NCBI GenBank assembly: GCA_965243065.1
Contig: CBDETO010000005.1
Coordinates: 1,883,520-1,947,519 of the forward strand
DNA length: 64,000 bases
Origin: Bdellovibrionales bacterium
Lineage (GTDB): Bacteria > Bdellovibrionota > Bdellovibrionia > Bdellovibrionales > UBA1609
Direction: 5' to 3'
This document shows, piece by piece, positions 48,401 through 57,061 of this stretch. Made by a program: the position numbers and the translations under genes. The notes under the pieces were generated by a model. It ran no database searches. It saw only the letters and a program-made list of their open reading frames with translations, and was not told where the DNA came from. The stretch's first letter is position 1. The number at the start of each line of letters is the position of its first letter.

Positions 48401-49014
48401 ATTTAACCATAAGTAATGTCCGTGATCGTAGTTTTATTAACACTTATAAGAAGATCTGTTATGAGGCGCATGATAATGATCAGGTCAGCCTTAAGCCCCC
48501 GGCAGGGGTGAATGGTGCTTGTGGAAGTGGAGTAGATGCGACAGATGAGGGATTTATAGATGAGAAGCGTAAGAGTGTGAAGTTTATGACGGAGTGGGTG
48601 GAGGAGCACACCTCTGGGGAGTTTGTGATAAACATGCAGGCAATAGATGAGTTACAGCAGCGAGCAGAGCATTTATACTGTGAGAAAGTGGGAGATGGGG
48701 AGTGTAGAGCTTGTGAGGCAGATTGTGATGCAAAGGCGGCCCAATGTGTAGATGCCTGTCCTGAGGATTGTTGTACCACGAGCAACAGTTGCACAGTGCC
48801 AGGTGACCTTAGCAGTTGCACATCCACAACAACCTGTTCTAAGTGTCCGGCCTGTTTGCAAGCCTGTGAAAATGAGAAGATTCGGTGTAAGAATGAGTGT
48901 CGTACATGTGGTGGCACGGTTTATCCGAGTTGTGATGATGAGGGTTTTTGTGAATGTAAGTGGCCTTTTGAAGCTTGGACCCCTTCTGTGTTACCAGATG
49001 GGGCTCCTTTATAA
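45430..49014 (+). CDS. Very large Cys-rich exported/surface protein (up to 1194 aa); true start uncertain (45430 or 45535)
   Basis: Hydrophobic segment FVVSQLVAAFIMGISGVALVAYM about 85 aa from the first ATG. Cysteines throughout. C-terminal ~130 aa is a dense Cys knot (CRACEADCDAKAAQCVDACPEDCC...CSKCPACLQACENEKIRCKNECRTCGG). 24 nt after the preceding ORF. Confidence 0.6.
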   Translation: MNNLLEELLLVSILGDIFCKFKVRGTLKKRTKNQDMPIRYRKKEDLQNFSFPFGKNKETIGKIKLWYNNLSGIFFINNKGSFVVSQLVAAFIMGISGVALVAYMQGQSRQTHEVEQEQDLSFNIHSNIISDLRALLVEANIDNTGEKQAQSKEGVCSFLEPPTKMAGVELIQFNIGSNLSAEARASFSESRWEAFFDKSEYELSSDDTPCEAMDPDFTDSLFSRCFKYIGKQNETANEVYVIARIIPKKFPEQTDIDLSQSNTLDAKAVLFELQSLVSVFKGDDYDEKGLYVSKQYSLIWANAVSECHAESANSARTVAVQFSGSGTGRLSRKTIINTPEYDASACSELEFQDITPEMRMSHSIDSDGNVGVDSIRARTACRRNVFRCKGESSDSSKDYEPVIFTMGLSNDSGGPFDLKKVGLTFKDESNVEVASGSPGKLTVEVYNEVWDFDANKVFKKNHPAAILNPGHAVYKFTLKDKSDGDNSLKGFCDDVCDSGKKIFPFVTMDLYKAPGATCTSYSSEYEKEEKNRFRCIVCHSKICTKIGMGTFGTIEDELDKDGNLLVQGLVDEPLDGTLPECALPKNNSGGKYDLPDFKSSSSVGGSGDCIAIKLPNLESFKSFDSAQYEFKNCSNSLPILCFASGHYVPAVDLSSPTSKPAIFTGSFNKAQEACYKMGREIVKKTDLAGFFMYFWLTISGDVDSVAGGLGLPSFSDANYFDYVNNATRGIFIAPSYKIEELSNFLKEGEGYLKKFTDGGHTSAWVAMRKDGGGQVIGSIPWAKVADSKVAIFRRKALLSTDPPTRPSPILLKNTYSVPSSDTDTILTHNIQYKGVYNLPGGSGITGKALCRKGPGDFVLSSSAVRVQQAPGACTAKGAKFLPPLSSLEWAKAMTLINPNDESYPFPDPGDLSSGTNHIFSINIPATGAWVALSKSTGKDGKNTENWRLSDAYFPDAKSLFNADNVDEPMPDKGSDYIGVVDYEGTPVVPTNLTISNVRDRSFINTYKKICYEAHDNDQVSLKPPAGVNGACGSGVDATDEGFIDEKRKSVKFMTEWVEEHTSGEFVINMQAIDELQQRAEHLYCEKVGDGECRACEADCDAKAAQCVDACPEDCCTTSNSCTVPGDLSSCTSTTTCSKCPACLQACENEKIRCKNECRTCGGTVYPSCDDEGFCECKWPFEAWTPSVLPDGAPL

Positions 49015-49147
49015 AGTGTGAGTCTTTTATTTTGGAAAAACATTTCGAAGATGAATAAATCAGAGAGGGAATTTGTCATTCCCGCGAAAGCCCTGTCATT
49101 CCCGCGCAAGCGGGAATCTAGTAAATGAACGAGACCCCCGCTTTCGC

Positions 49148-49265
49148 GGGGGTGACAGAAAAGGCGGGGGTGACAGAAAAGGCGGGGGTGACAGAAAAGG
49201 CGGGGGTGACAGAAAAGGCGGGGGTGACAGAAAAGGCGGGGGTGACAGAAAAGGCGGGGGTGACC
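49148..49265. repeat. 18-bp tandem repeat GGGGGTGACAGAAAAGGC x6.5
   Basis: Read directly. It abuts the stop of the convergent MFS gene. ORFs 49073-49291 and 49125-49589 are artefacts. Confidence 0.9.
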
Positions 49266-50545
49266 TATTTTCGCATGAAGGACATGGATAAATACCCAGT
49301 CACTATTAAATTCAGAACGGCCAAAAAAAGAAAAATCTCCGGTTCATTTAAACCCAAACTAAAAAGAAAAATTAAAGTAAAAGAGGCTAAAACCATAAAA
49401 ATAGCATCTATAATATTGCTGCCGGCAATCACTCTCGATAAATGTGGCTTAGAGGATGTGGTTTGTAAAAAAGTCATTAAAGGAACAAAAAATAAACCGC
49501 CTGAAAAAGCAATCATACTAAAATCAAATATAATTCTAAAACTACCCGGCTTTTTTATAAAATCCTTAAACATAACCAAGCTTTGGTGAGAGTTCGTTAC
49601 ATTAGGAAATTGAAAAAATAAATCAAACAAAAACACACTTAGCCCTAAAGCTCCAATAGGGATTAAACCCAGTTTTAATTGATGCCGAGAAACCATTTTA
49701 CAAGCTATACAGCCTAAGCCAATACCAATGGAAAATAAAGTGAGTAGAAAAATCACCACCTGTTCGTTACCTCCTAAAACTTTTTTTCCATACCCTGGTA
49801 TAAGAGAAAGCAAGGCCGCACCATAAAACCAAAACCAGGCCAGCCCTAAAATAGGCAAGCGAATATTTTTTTTTGTAAAAATGTAATGTATTAAATTACA
49901 AGTGGCGGTAAATGGATTATACTGAATAGATAACTTCGCATCTAAAGAAGAAGCCTTAGGAATGCCCACACTAAATAACAGCCCAATAACAGATAAACCC
50001 ATCACTCCTATACTCACATAAAATGTCCCTGACCCAGGAATAGCCACTACAATACCCCCAAAGATAGTGCCCATTAAAATAGCCAAAAAGGTGGAACTTT
50101 GAAGTAAAGCATTGGCCTCCACTAATTTATCGGAACTTACCTGTTGCGGAATGTAGCTATACTTTAAAGGGCTAAAAAGGGAAGACTGCAAACCCATAAA
50201 AAATAAAGCCGATAGAAGAACCGGTAAGCTTCCTATCATAAAACCCAATACAGCTAAAGACATTATAAAAAATTCCAATATTTTTACATAAACAATGAGG
50301 CGGGCTTTTTCGTATTTGTCCGCCATCTGCCCCGCTAGAGCGGAAAATAAGAAAAAAGGAAAAATAAAGATACCCCCGCATAAAGCAATCAGCTGTTCGG
50401 GACTAAAGCCTCCTAAACTCATAGATTGAAAGGTAATTAAAATGACAAGAGCGTTTTTAAAAAAGTTGTCGTTAAAGGCCCCAAAGAACTGAGTGCAACA
50501 AAGCGGCCAGAATTTTTTGTTGAAAATAAGAGAATGGGGACTCAT
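49265..50545 (-). CDS. MFS transporter, lysophospholipid-transporter (LplT)-like
   Basis: 426 aa, ~12 TM. N-terminal FWPLCCTQFFGAFNDNFFKNALVIL resembles the LplT/Aas-associated MFS family. Confidence 0.6.
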   Translation of the reverse strand: MSPHSLIFNKKFWPLCCTQFFGAFNDNFFKNALVILITFQSMSLGGFSPEQLIALCGGIFIFPFFLFSALAGQMADKYEKARLIVYVKILEFFIMSLAVLGFMIGSLPVLLSALFFMGLQSSLFSPLKYSYIPQQVSSDKLVEANALLQSSTFLAILMGTIFGGIVVAIPGSGTFYVSIGVMGLSVIGLLFSVGIPKASSLDAKLSIQYNPFTATCNLIHYIFTKKNIRLPILGLAWFWFYGAALLSLIPGYGKKVLGGNEQVVIFLLTLFSIGIGLGCIACKMVSRHQLKLGLIPIGALGLSVFLFDLFFQFPNVTNSHQSLVMFKDFIKKPGSFRIIFDFSMIAFSGGLFFVPLMTFLQTTSSKPHLSRVIAGSNIIDAIFMVLASFTLIFLFSLGLNEPEIFLFLAVLNLIVTGYLSMSFMRK

Positions 50546-50548
50546 TGT

Positions 50549-51223
50549 TTACTGCTGCCGCCCCGAATTTAAAGGGCTATCCGGTTGTTCATCCGGGTGG
50601 GATTTTTTAAAGGCAGGAAGCCTTTTGCATAACTCTTCTATGGCCAACAATCTAGGAAAGTCTTTTAAGTTTACACCAAATCTTCTGGCATTATAAAGTT
50701 GTGGAATAATAAAAAGTTCCGCTGCCGTTAAATGGTTTCCTACGGCAAAAAGACTCTCTTTATTTTTTGCCACTTTTTTCTCTAAAGATAAAAGACCTTC
50801 ATGAATCCAAAAACCAGGCCACCGGTTTTGATTTGATCCGCTGAGCATTCCATTTGCTTTTAAGTATTGGAGCACTTTTAAATTTTGTAAAGGTTGTATG
50901 CCGCTATTGATAATTTCGCAAATACTGATTATGGTCGCTTTTTTTACTGGATGATGAGAAAACAAGACAGGCAAGGGATAAATATCTTCCAGGTACTGTA
51001 AAATAGCCATAGACTGCGTTATCACCTTATTGCCATGAATAAGGCAGGGCACTTGTCCTTCCGGGTTCCACTTTTTATATTGTTTGCTTTTTTGCTCCCC
51101 ACCTTGTTTTAAAAGATTAATAGGCACATACTCAAAGGGAATGTTCTTTAAATAAAGAGCAATACGGACACGATAAGAACAGGAACTGCGATAATAACTA
51201 TAAAGTTTTATTTGTTGACTCAT
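50549..51223 (-). CDS. maiA: Maleylacetoacetate isomerase / GST zeta class
   Basis: LYSYYRSSCSYRVRIALYLKNIPFEYVPINL...NPEGQVPCL...QSMAILQYLEDIYP. Confidence 0.8.
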   Translation of the reverse strand: MSQQIKLYSYYRSSCSYRVRIALYLKNIPFEYVPINLLKQGGEQKSKQYKKWNPEGQVPCLIHGNKVITQSMAILQYLEDIYPLPVLFSHHPVKKATIISICEIINSGIQPLQNLKVLQYLKANGMLSGSNQNRWPGFWIHEGLLSLEKKVAKNKESLFAVGNHLTAAELFIIPQLYNARRFGVNLKDFPRLLAIEELCKRLPAFKKSHPDEQPDSPLNSGRQQ

Positions 51224-51471
51224 TTTTCAGAATATTTTTTCCAACGAGGGGCAAAACCAATCATAAAACAATAGAGCTTTGCCAGGTATTTATTAATACC
51301 CCTTTCTCGCATCCCTTGATAACATAATTGTTTAAATTCTTTCAGGGAATCTCCTTTGTATAACAGATCCCCGTTTTTAAAACAAAGACTACAATATATA
51401 TTAGATTCTCTCTTTCCTGGATCTTTATTAAATGGCATAAGACAACTATCACAACTGTTTTTTGTTTTCAA
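51220..51471 (-). CDS. Zinc-ribbon domain protein (83 aa)
   Basis: CDSC...CSLC pairs. 4-nt overlap with maiA. Confidence 0.5.
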   Translation of the reverse strand: MKTKNSCDSCLMPFNKDPGKRESNIYCSLCFKNGDLLYKGDSLKEFKQLCYQGMRERGINKYLAKLYCFMIGFAPRWKKYSEK

Positions 51472-51647
51472 AGTGAAGCCTTCTGTTTTGAGGTTTATGC
51501 TATTACATCGGTCCTAAAAAAGTTTAAATAAAATGAGCTTCTTTTCTCGCCAATATTATTCTTTTAAAATAACAAAACTATAAATAAAATCAAATGGTTA
51601 GGACTTTCTCTGGGTGGATTATTTACATTTTAATATAATAGTGTGTG

Positions 51648-52565
51648 TCATGATTGAATGGCAGAGTAAATCCAAAGGTCAAAAACAGGGGCCCAAAGGA
51701 ACAATAATACGCTAAAGTTCAACCATATAAAAAAAGGCTTCCATTTTAATTTTTTGGAAAACTTTATAAATTCCAAAAATACTTTTATACAAAAAGGAAC
51801 CAGGATCAAAATATAAATCACATTCATTTTAAAAAACAAAGGGGAAAGAAGAGCTAATCCCAGATAAGATAATAAATAAAAACCCATATAATAAAATGTT
51901 TTATTTAAGCCTAAGTTAAGAGGGAGAACAGGAATACCTGCTGACTGATAGTCTTTCTTATAGTGTAAAGCAAGGGACCAAAAATGGGGCATCTGCCATA
52001 AAAAAAGGATAAAGAATAAATAAAGACTTTCTATGGAGAAAATGGAGGAAGAGGGAACAGAATAACCAATCATTACAGGTAAAGCTCCTGGTAAGGCTCC
52101 TGGAACCGCAGCAAAAGCCCATTTTTTCTTCCAAAAAACAGTGTAAAAAAAATTATAAAGTAAAACCGCTAATAAAGCGAGACCGGCTGTTAAAGGTTTG
52201 AGTGCTAATAGTGTCAGCAAGCCTAAAATAACTTGGGTGACCCCTAGAGCAAAAGCTTGAAGAGCCGTTATTTTCCCACGAGGCACGGGCCGTTTTTGGG
52301 TGCGTTTCATTATGCAATCCAGACGCCACTCGTAAGATTGGTTGAGAGCAAAACTACCGCTGACCACCAGATATAAACCTGCTAACAACCAAAGAAAAGG
52401 CCAGGGAACAGCAGATATAGAAACCACATATTCCGCCTTCGAAGACAAGGCTAAGGTGTAGCCAGCCCCCGCACTCACTAAAGCAAAAAATACAATACCG
52501 GACTTGGTAAGCTTAAAGTAGTCTTTTAGAGAAAAATACATAATATTTTTACCCTTCGGTCTCAT
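51648..52565 (-). CDS. ctaB: Protoheme IX farnesyltransferase (heme O synthase)
   Basis: UbiA-family motif NQSYEWRLDCIMKRTQKRPVPRGKI, multi-TM. The ATG at 52541 (AAGGG RBS) is a likelier start than 52565. Confidence 0.85.
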   Translation of the reverse strand: MRPKGKNIMYFSLKDYFKLTKSGIVFFALVSAGAGYTLALSSKAEYVVSISAVPWPFLWLLAGLYLVVSGSFALNQSYEWRLDCIMKRTQKRPVPRGKITALQAFALGVTQVILGLLTLLALKPLTAGLALLAVLLYNFFYTVFWKKKWAFAAVPGALPGALPVMIGYSVPSSSIFSIESLYLFFILFLWQMPHFWSLALHYKKDYQSAGIPVLPLNLGLNKTFYYMGFYLLSYLGLALLSPLFFKMNVIYILILVPFCIKVFLEFIKFSKKLKWKPFFIWLNFSVLLFLWAPVFDLWIYSAIQS

Positions 52566-52639
52566 TTTTCCGTAATTATAGGTGTATAAAAGTATAGGTA
52601 GATGAATATTACAAGTGGAAAAGTCTTTAATTTTTGAAT

Positions 52640-52951
52640 TTATAGGACGGAAGATTCAGGAACACGGGTTATGATGTCCATTTCACAGAATAAGAAGAGA
52701 ACAACGAGTAAAAACACCCCAGTTAAAAAAATCACGGGAAATAATTTGTTATCGTATTTTAAGTGCATGAAAAAAAGTAAAACTAAAGCCGCTTTTACTG
52801 TAGCAATACCCATAGCTATAAAGGTATTTAACATGCCAAAATCCAGTTGAGCTACTACTACAGTTAAAAATGTTAAAACCAAAAGGCTCAATAACACTTT
52901 AATATAGAGGTTAAGAGGAACAATAGGGTGATGTATAGTGCTTGTATTCAT
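52640..52951 (-). CDS. Prokaryotic cytochrome oxidase subunit IV family protein
   Basis: 103 aa, 3 TM. KAALVLLFFMHLKYD motif typical of the CyoD/CtaF family. Confidence 0.7.
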   Translation of the reverse strand: MNTSTIHHPIVPLNLYIKVLLSLLVLTFLTVVVAQLDFGMLNTFIAMGIATVKAALVLLFFMHLKYDNKLFPVIFLTGVFLLVVLFLFCEMDIITRVPESSVL

Positions 52952-52964
52952 TGTCTTTATTTTT

Positions 52965-53969
52965 TTATAAGGTGTCTCTGTTACAATTTACTGTCTTGCA
53001 AAGAGTGTCACATACTGTTTCATTAATTTTTTCATTCCTTGTGAAGTGCGAATCGTAAAAGTCTCCATCTTCGTTTATTTTCCCCCAATGATTCCAAACA
53101 TTAGGGCCATGAACATAGCAATGTAGCGACCTACTAAACCGTTGATCACTGGCATAATGACACTTATTTCGCCTACTCAATTGGTTTTGATATTCCTTTC
53201 GAGAACAATACACTTTTAATTTACAATTTTTGGTTGAGCAAGTATTTTTTAATAAATTATGAAGGGCAATAAAGGCAAAGGGGTTGTCTTCATTGCTGGC
53301 GATGCTCAAGAAGGTATATCCTGATCCCTCCAGGTTTTCCCCAATTCCATATTCTATAGAACTATTTCCCTGACCCTCTCCTAGTTTTTTAAAACTGGCT
53401 TTTAAAATTTCACTTTCCTTATCGTGGTGCACGATAGCTAAAGCCACTGATTTTGTCTTAGCCACCCAAAACAAAAACTCCCCTACTTCCCGTTGAGACC
53501 AATCCTTTATAAGTTTTATAACCGGGGCCGTGTCAATATCAATCATAACACCAAAATTCCATTCATTTACTTCTCGGTCTAGATAATCTTCTCTGGCCTT
53601 AATATGGGTCATTTCTGAGAACAGCTGATCTAACTTAGATATGAGATCTATGGGTAGTTTTTCGCATTTACTCGATTCATTTCTATATACTTTTTCACAC
53701 TGATCTGTGCATTCTTTGTACTCTTCGCTTTTTTCGTCATCTTTCCTAAGATCTTTACAATAAGGACCTGTATAGTCGGAGAAAATAAAGCGACCATAGT
53801 AATCATCATCAGTCATGGATCGAATAGGTGAACCTTCTTTATCGCTGATGCGCTCACGAGCCGCGCGTTCTCTTGCTGTCTCTTCTGGGTTATTACAATA
53901 AAGTAGTAAGACAGAAACCAGCAGTAAAACCAATAATATTTTTATGTGTTTTAAAATCTGGATAACCAT
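52965..53969 (-). CDS. Cys-motif lipoprotein/secreted protein, paralog family member P1
   Basis: Signal/lipobox LLLYC. YCKD...CTDQCEKV...KCEKLPIDLISKL...REVGEFLFWVAK. Shared architecture with 54011-54952 and 58312-59406. Confidence 0.6.
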   Translation of the reverse strand: MVIQILKHIKILLVLLLVSVLLLYCNNPEETARERAARERISDKEGSPIRSMTDDDYYGRFIFSDYTGPYCKDLRKDDEKSEEYKECTDQCEKVYRNESSKCEKLPIDLISKLDQLFSEMTHIKAREDYLDREVNEWNFGVMIDIDTAPVIKLIKDWSQREVGEFLFWVAKTKSVALAIVHHDKESEILKASFKKLGEGQGNSSIEYGIGENLEGSGYTFLSIASNEDNPFAFIALHNLLKNTCSTKNCKLKVYCSRKEYQNQLSRRNKCHYASDQRFSRSLHCYVHGPNVWNHWGKINEDGDFYDSHFTRNEKINETVCDTLCKTVNCNRDTL

Positions 53970-54010
53970 ACATATATTCCTTATGTGTGCTTCTCATCGG
54001 AAATTAGGGT

Positions 54011-54952
54011 TTATTCACAACCTTTATTATCATCTTTACAAACAAAACCACAGACATCGTTATTCATGATGGGGTCTATTAAAATGGTCCCTAAACCCCC
54101 TGTGCGTAATATTTCTTTTTGTATATGATTAAAAAAGTCTTCATCTTTTATGTTTCTAGCTATTTCATTTCTTAAGTCTTCCGAGTGGATATAGTTATCA
54201 TCTTGTTGTTCTTTACAATAAATTCTTAGTATGCAAGTTTCTATGTGACGAGTTCCTACATAAGAAAAAGAGCAAAGGTCTGTTTTAATCATTTCATGGG
54301 TCATCTGTAGTAAGTCATAATTAGAGTGGAAAACAATAAGCTGAAAGAAGCTTTCGTCAAAAGAGATTTTTTTAGCAAGACCTTCTTCTACAGCAAAACC
54401 CGTATCTCCTTGCGGTCCACCATATCGGCTACGATCTCCCACAGAAGCTAACATTTCATAGATCATTTCATTTCTAACTGGTTCTTTAAATAGAAGCAGC
54501 TCATTTACAGGTGCTTTGTTTGTGGTGAACCATATTATAAGCTCTCTTGCTTCATCTATCGTATAAGCTTGAATGATTCTAACTAGAACCTTATAGTCCA
54601 AAGCTAACAGAAGACGAAATTCCTTTTGGGGATTAATAAATTCTAAAGACCGGAGAACGGGATTTTCCAGTAAGGGTATTAAATCTTCTAAATCAGCAAT
54701 AGTATCTTTGGGCAAAGAACGACATTGTTTCCTGACTTTCTCATTTGATTTATGGAAAATACGGTTACAAATTTGTTTGCACTCTCTATGTTCTGAACAA
54801 CAGTTATCCCCCCTGCAAAAAGAAGCCAAGGGTTTTCCGGCACGTACTCCATCTGCGATATCTTCGGTATCGCCCACTCCATTAATAGGAGGAGGGGAGC
54901 ATTGAGTGAAAAATAAAAAAGATATAACACAGGTAAAAAGCCATAATCTCAT
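54011..54952 (-). CDS. Cys-motif lipoprotein, paralog P2
   Basis: ATG 54952 preceded by AGGAG (track start 54970 is GTG). Lipobox FFTQC. FCRGDNCCSEHRECKQICNRI...QCRSLPKDTIADL...EARELIIWFTT. Confidence 0.6.
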   Translation of the reverse strand: MRLWLFTCVISFLFFTQCSPPPINGVGDTEDIADGVRAGKPLASFCRGDNCCSEHRECKQICNRIFHKSNEKVRKQCRSLPKDTIADLEDLIPLLENPVLRSLEFINPQKEFRLLLALDYKVLVRIIQAYTIDEARELIIWFTTNKAPVNELLLFKEPVRNEMIYEMLASVGDRSRYGGPQGDTGFAVEEGLAKKISFDESFFQLIVFHSNYDLLQMTHEMIKTDLCSFSYVGTRHIETCILRIYCKEQQDDNYIHSEDLRNEIARNIKDEDFFNHIQKEILRTGGLGTILIDPIMNNDVCGFVCKDDNKGCE

Positions 54953-55342
54953 AGTAAGTCTCCTAACCACTTTAGAAAAGTTTATTTTATTTTTTCATAG
55001 CCTTTAAAAACAGTCAAATATAAGTCTCTAGTTTTTTCGTTAGATTTTAAAGAGTATCTATCTGCTGCTGCCTGTTTCGCTTGTTTTTTACAGCCTTTAA
55101 TCCAGTAGAGATAAGGTGTTTCTTCTTTTTTATCGTAGGACATTATAAGGACCGGGGATTAAGAATTGGGTGTTGGGGAGCAAGGATCAAACCATAAAAG
55201 TATAAGTGAAAATTTTTCACTCTTTATATATATTGTCAGGCAGTATTGCCTGCGCACAAGTGGGGGTAGAGGGATTTCGTCCCCCGGAGCAAGCTTTACG
55301 AAAATGACAGTTCACCTACCCTCACTAGTGGGAACGGGGATT

Positions 55343-56605
55343 CTATACCGGTTTGGTATAAAAAAAGCTCAAAATCTTTTCTAAGGCGGATGCAATAGGC
55401 ACTTTTTCTCGCTTTCCCGTTGGGCGTGTTACTAATTCCACCAGGTTCTTTATTCTGTCTCTAGTGCCTAGATTAATCCGTAAAGGAAAACCTAAAAGGT
55501 CAGCATCTTTGAACTTCACTCCTGGTTTTTCATCTCTATCATCTAAAAAAGTATCTATTCCTTTTTTACATAGAGATTGATACAGGTGATTTGCTAAATC
55601 CCTTGTTTTTTGATCTTCTGGATCCAACAAACAAATATGCACCAAAAAAGGGGCTATGGCTTTGGGCCATATTATACCGTTTTTGTCATGGCTATGTTCC
55701 ACTACAGCTTGAATTGTGCGGGTAATACCAATGCCATAACAACCCATCTTTACTGTTTGTTTATTTCCTTGTTGATCTAAATAATGGAGCTTCATTTTTT
55801 TAGAATATTTATCTCCTAGATAAAAAATGTGTCCCACTTCAATCCCCCGGCAGGAACGAAGCACTTGGTTATCAGGTCCTTTATCCCCTGGTTTGACATC
55901 AGGACATATTTCCTTGTTAGCAGCAAAAGAATCTGTGAATAAAAGTTCATCTTCTCCATGCTCTGCTAAAATATGAAACTCCTCTGATAGATCTCCTCCT
56001 ATTTCTCCACTGTCTGCTTTTACCGCGCGAAAAGGTATATCTAATCTGGAAAAAATAGCCTGATATACGGACTCCATTTTTTTATAACTTTCCTTGGCTT
56101 GCTCTTCATTGAGATCAAAGCTATAAGCATCTTTCATAATAAATTCTCTAGCTCTCATAAGACCAAAGCGCGGACGGATTTCATCTCGAAATTTATTTTG
56201 AATTTGATAGAGACAAAAAGGAAGATCCCGATAACTGTTGATATTGTTTTTTATGTAATTTGAAATCACTTCCTCATGGGTGGGGCCTAAGCAAAACTCC
56301 TGACCCGTGCGGTTTTTCATTTTTTGTAGAAGATCCCCATATATGTGTAACCTTTCACTCTGTCTCCAGAGTTCTGTGGGCTGCACCATAGGCATAAGGA
56401 TTTCCACACAGTTCTTTTTGTTTAATTCTTCACGAACTATGTTTTCAAACTTGTGAATGGCCCTAACCATAAAAGGCCCATAAGTGAAAATACCGGAAGT
56501 GAGTTTTTTAATAAAACCTCCTCTTACCAATAAAGCATGGCTGGGTAGGGCTGTATCTGCCGGAACTTCTTTTAAAGTTTTTACTCCTGTTTTAGACCAT
56601 TTCAT
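55343..56605 (-). CDS. proS: Prolyl-tRNA synthetase, bacterial-type but lacking the INS editing domain
   Basis: LKEVPADTALPSHALLVRGGFIKKLTSGIFTY, GPTHEEVI, FRDEIRPRFGLMRAREF, RGIEVGHIF. 420 aa, with about 15 aa where the ~180-aa INS domain of E. coli ProRS lies. Confidence 0.9.
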   Translation of the reverse strand: MKWSKTGVKTLKEVPADTALPSHALLVRGGFIKKLTSGIFTYGPFMVRAIHKFENIVREELNKKNCVEILMPMVQPTELWRQSERLHIYGDLLQKMKNRTGQEFCLGPTHEEVISNYIKNNINSYRDLPFCLYQIQNKFRDEIRPRFGLMRAREFIMKDAYSFDLNEEQAKESYKKMESVYQAIFSRLDIPFRAVKADSGEIGGDLSEEFHILAEHGEDELLFTDSFAANKEICPDVKPGDKGPDNQVLRSCRGIEVGHIFYLGDKYSKKMKLHYLDQQGNKQTVKMGCYGIGITRTIQAVVEHSHDKNGIIWPKAIAPFLVHICLLDPEDQKTRDLANHLYQSLCKKGIDTFLDDRDEKPGVKFKDADLLGFPLRINLGTRDRIKNLVELVTRPTGKREKVPIASALEKILSFFYTKPV

Positions 56606-56611
56606 AATATA

Positions 56612-57061
56612 TTACTGCTCCTGTCTTTGTTCTTCTTCCAGAAAAGAAAGCATTTTTAAAGCAGTTTGAACAGATAAACGGGCTATATGTCCTTTTTCTC
56701 CCCCGGACCGCGCTAAGGCTTGTTCTTTACTTTCTGTCATAAGTATTCCAAAAATAATAGGGCGGTTCATTTTTAATTGCACCTGCATACACCCCTGCTC
56801 CACCATCCGACAGCAAGCATCGAAATGAGTTGTCTCTCCGCGAATCACAGCCCCCAGGGCAATAACAGCTTGATAGTTTTTTTGAAACAGCCATTGGGCT
56901 GATAAAGGGATTTCCACCACTCCCGGCACTTCTCTTATTTCAAAGTTATGGATACCGGTTTTTTTTAATTCATCTAATGCTCCTTCTTTTAATCGAGCAG
57001 AAATATCTAAGTTGAATAAAGATAGCACTAAACCTATTTTTTTTAGCTCTTTTTTTTTCAT
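56612..57061 (-). CDS. ribH: 6,7-dimethyl-8-ribityllumazine synthase
   Basis: VPGVVEIP, LGAVIRGETTHFD. Confidence 0.88.
   Translation of the reverse strand: MKKKELKKIGLVLSLFNLDISARLKEGALDELKKTGIHNFEIREVPGVVEIPLSAQWLFQKNYQAVIALGAVIRGETTHFDACCRMVEQGCMQVQLKMNRPIIFGILMTESKEQALARSGGEKGHIARLSVQTALKMLSFLEEEQRQEQ

Noticed and set aside
49073-49589. ORFs 49073-49291 and 49125-49589 ((GGDRK)n / (AGVTEK)n)
   Set aside because: The first part is the 18-bp tandem repeat. The remainder of 49125-49589 is antisense to the well-supported MFS transporter gene.
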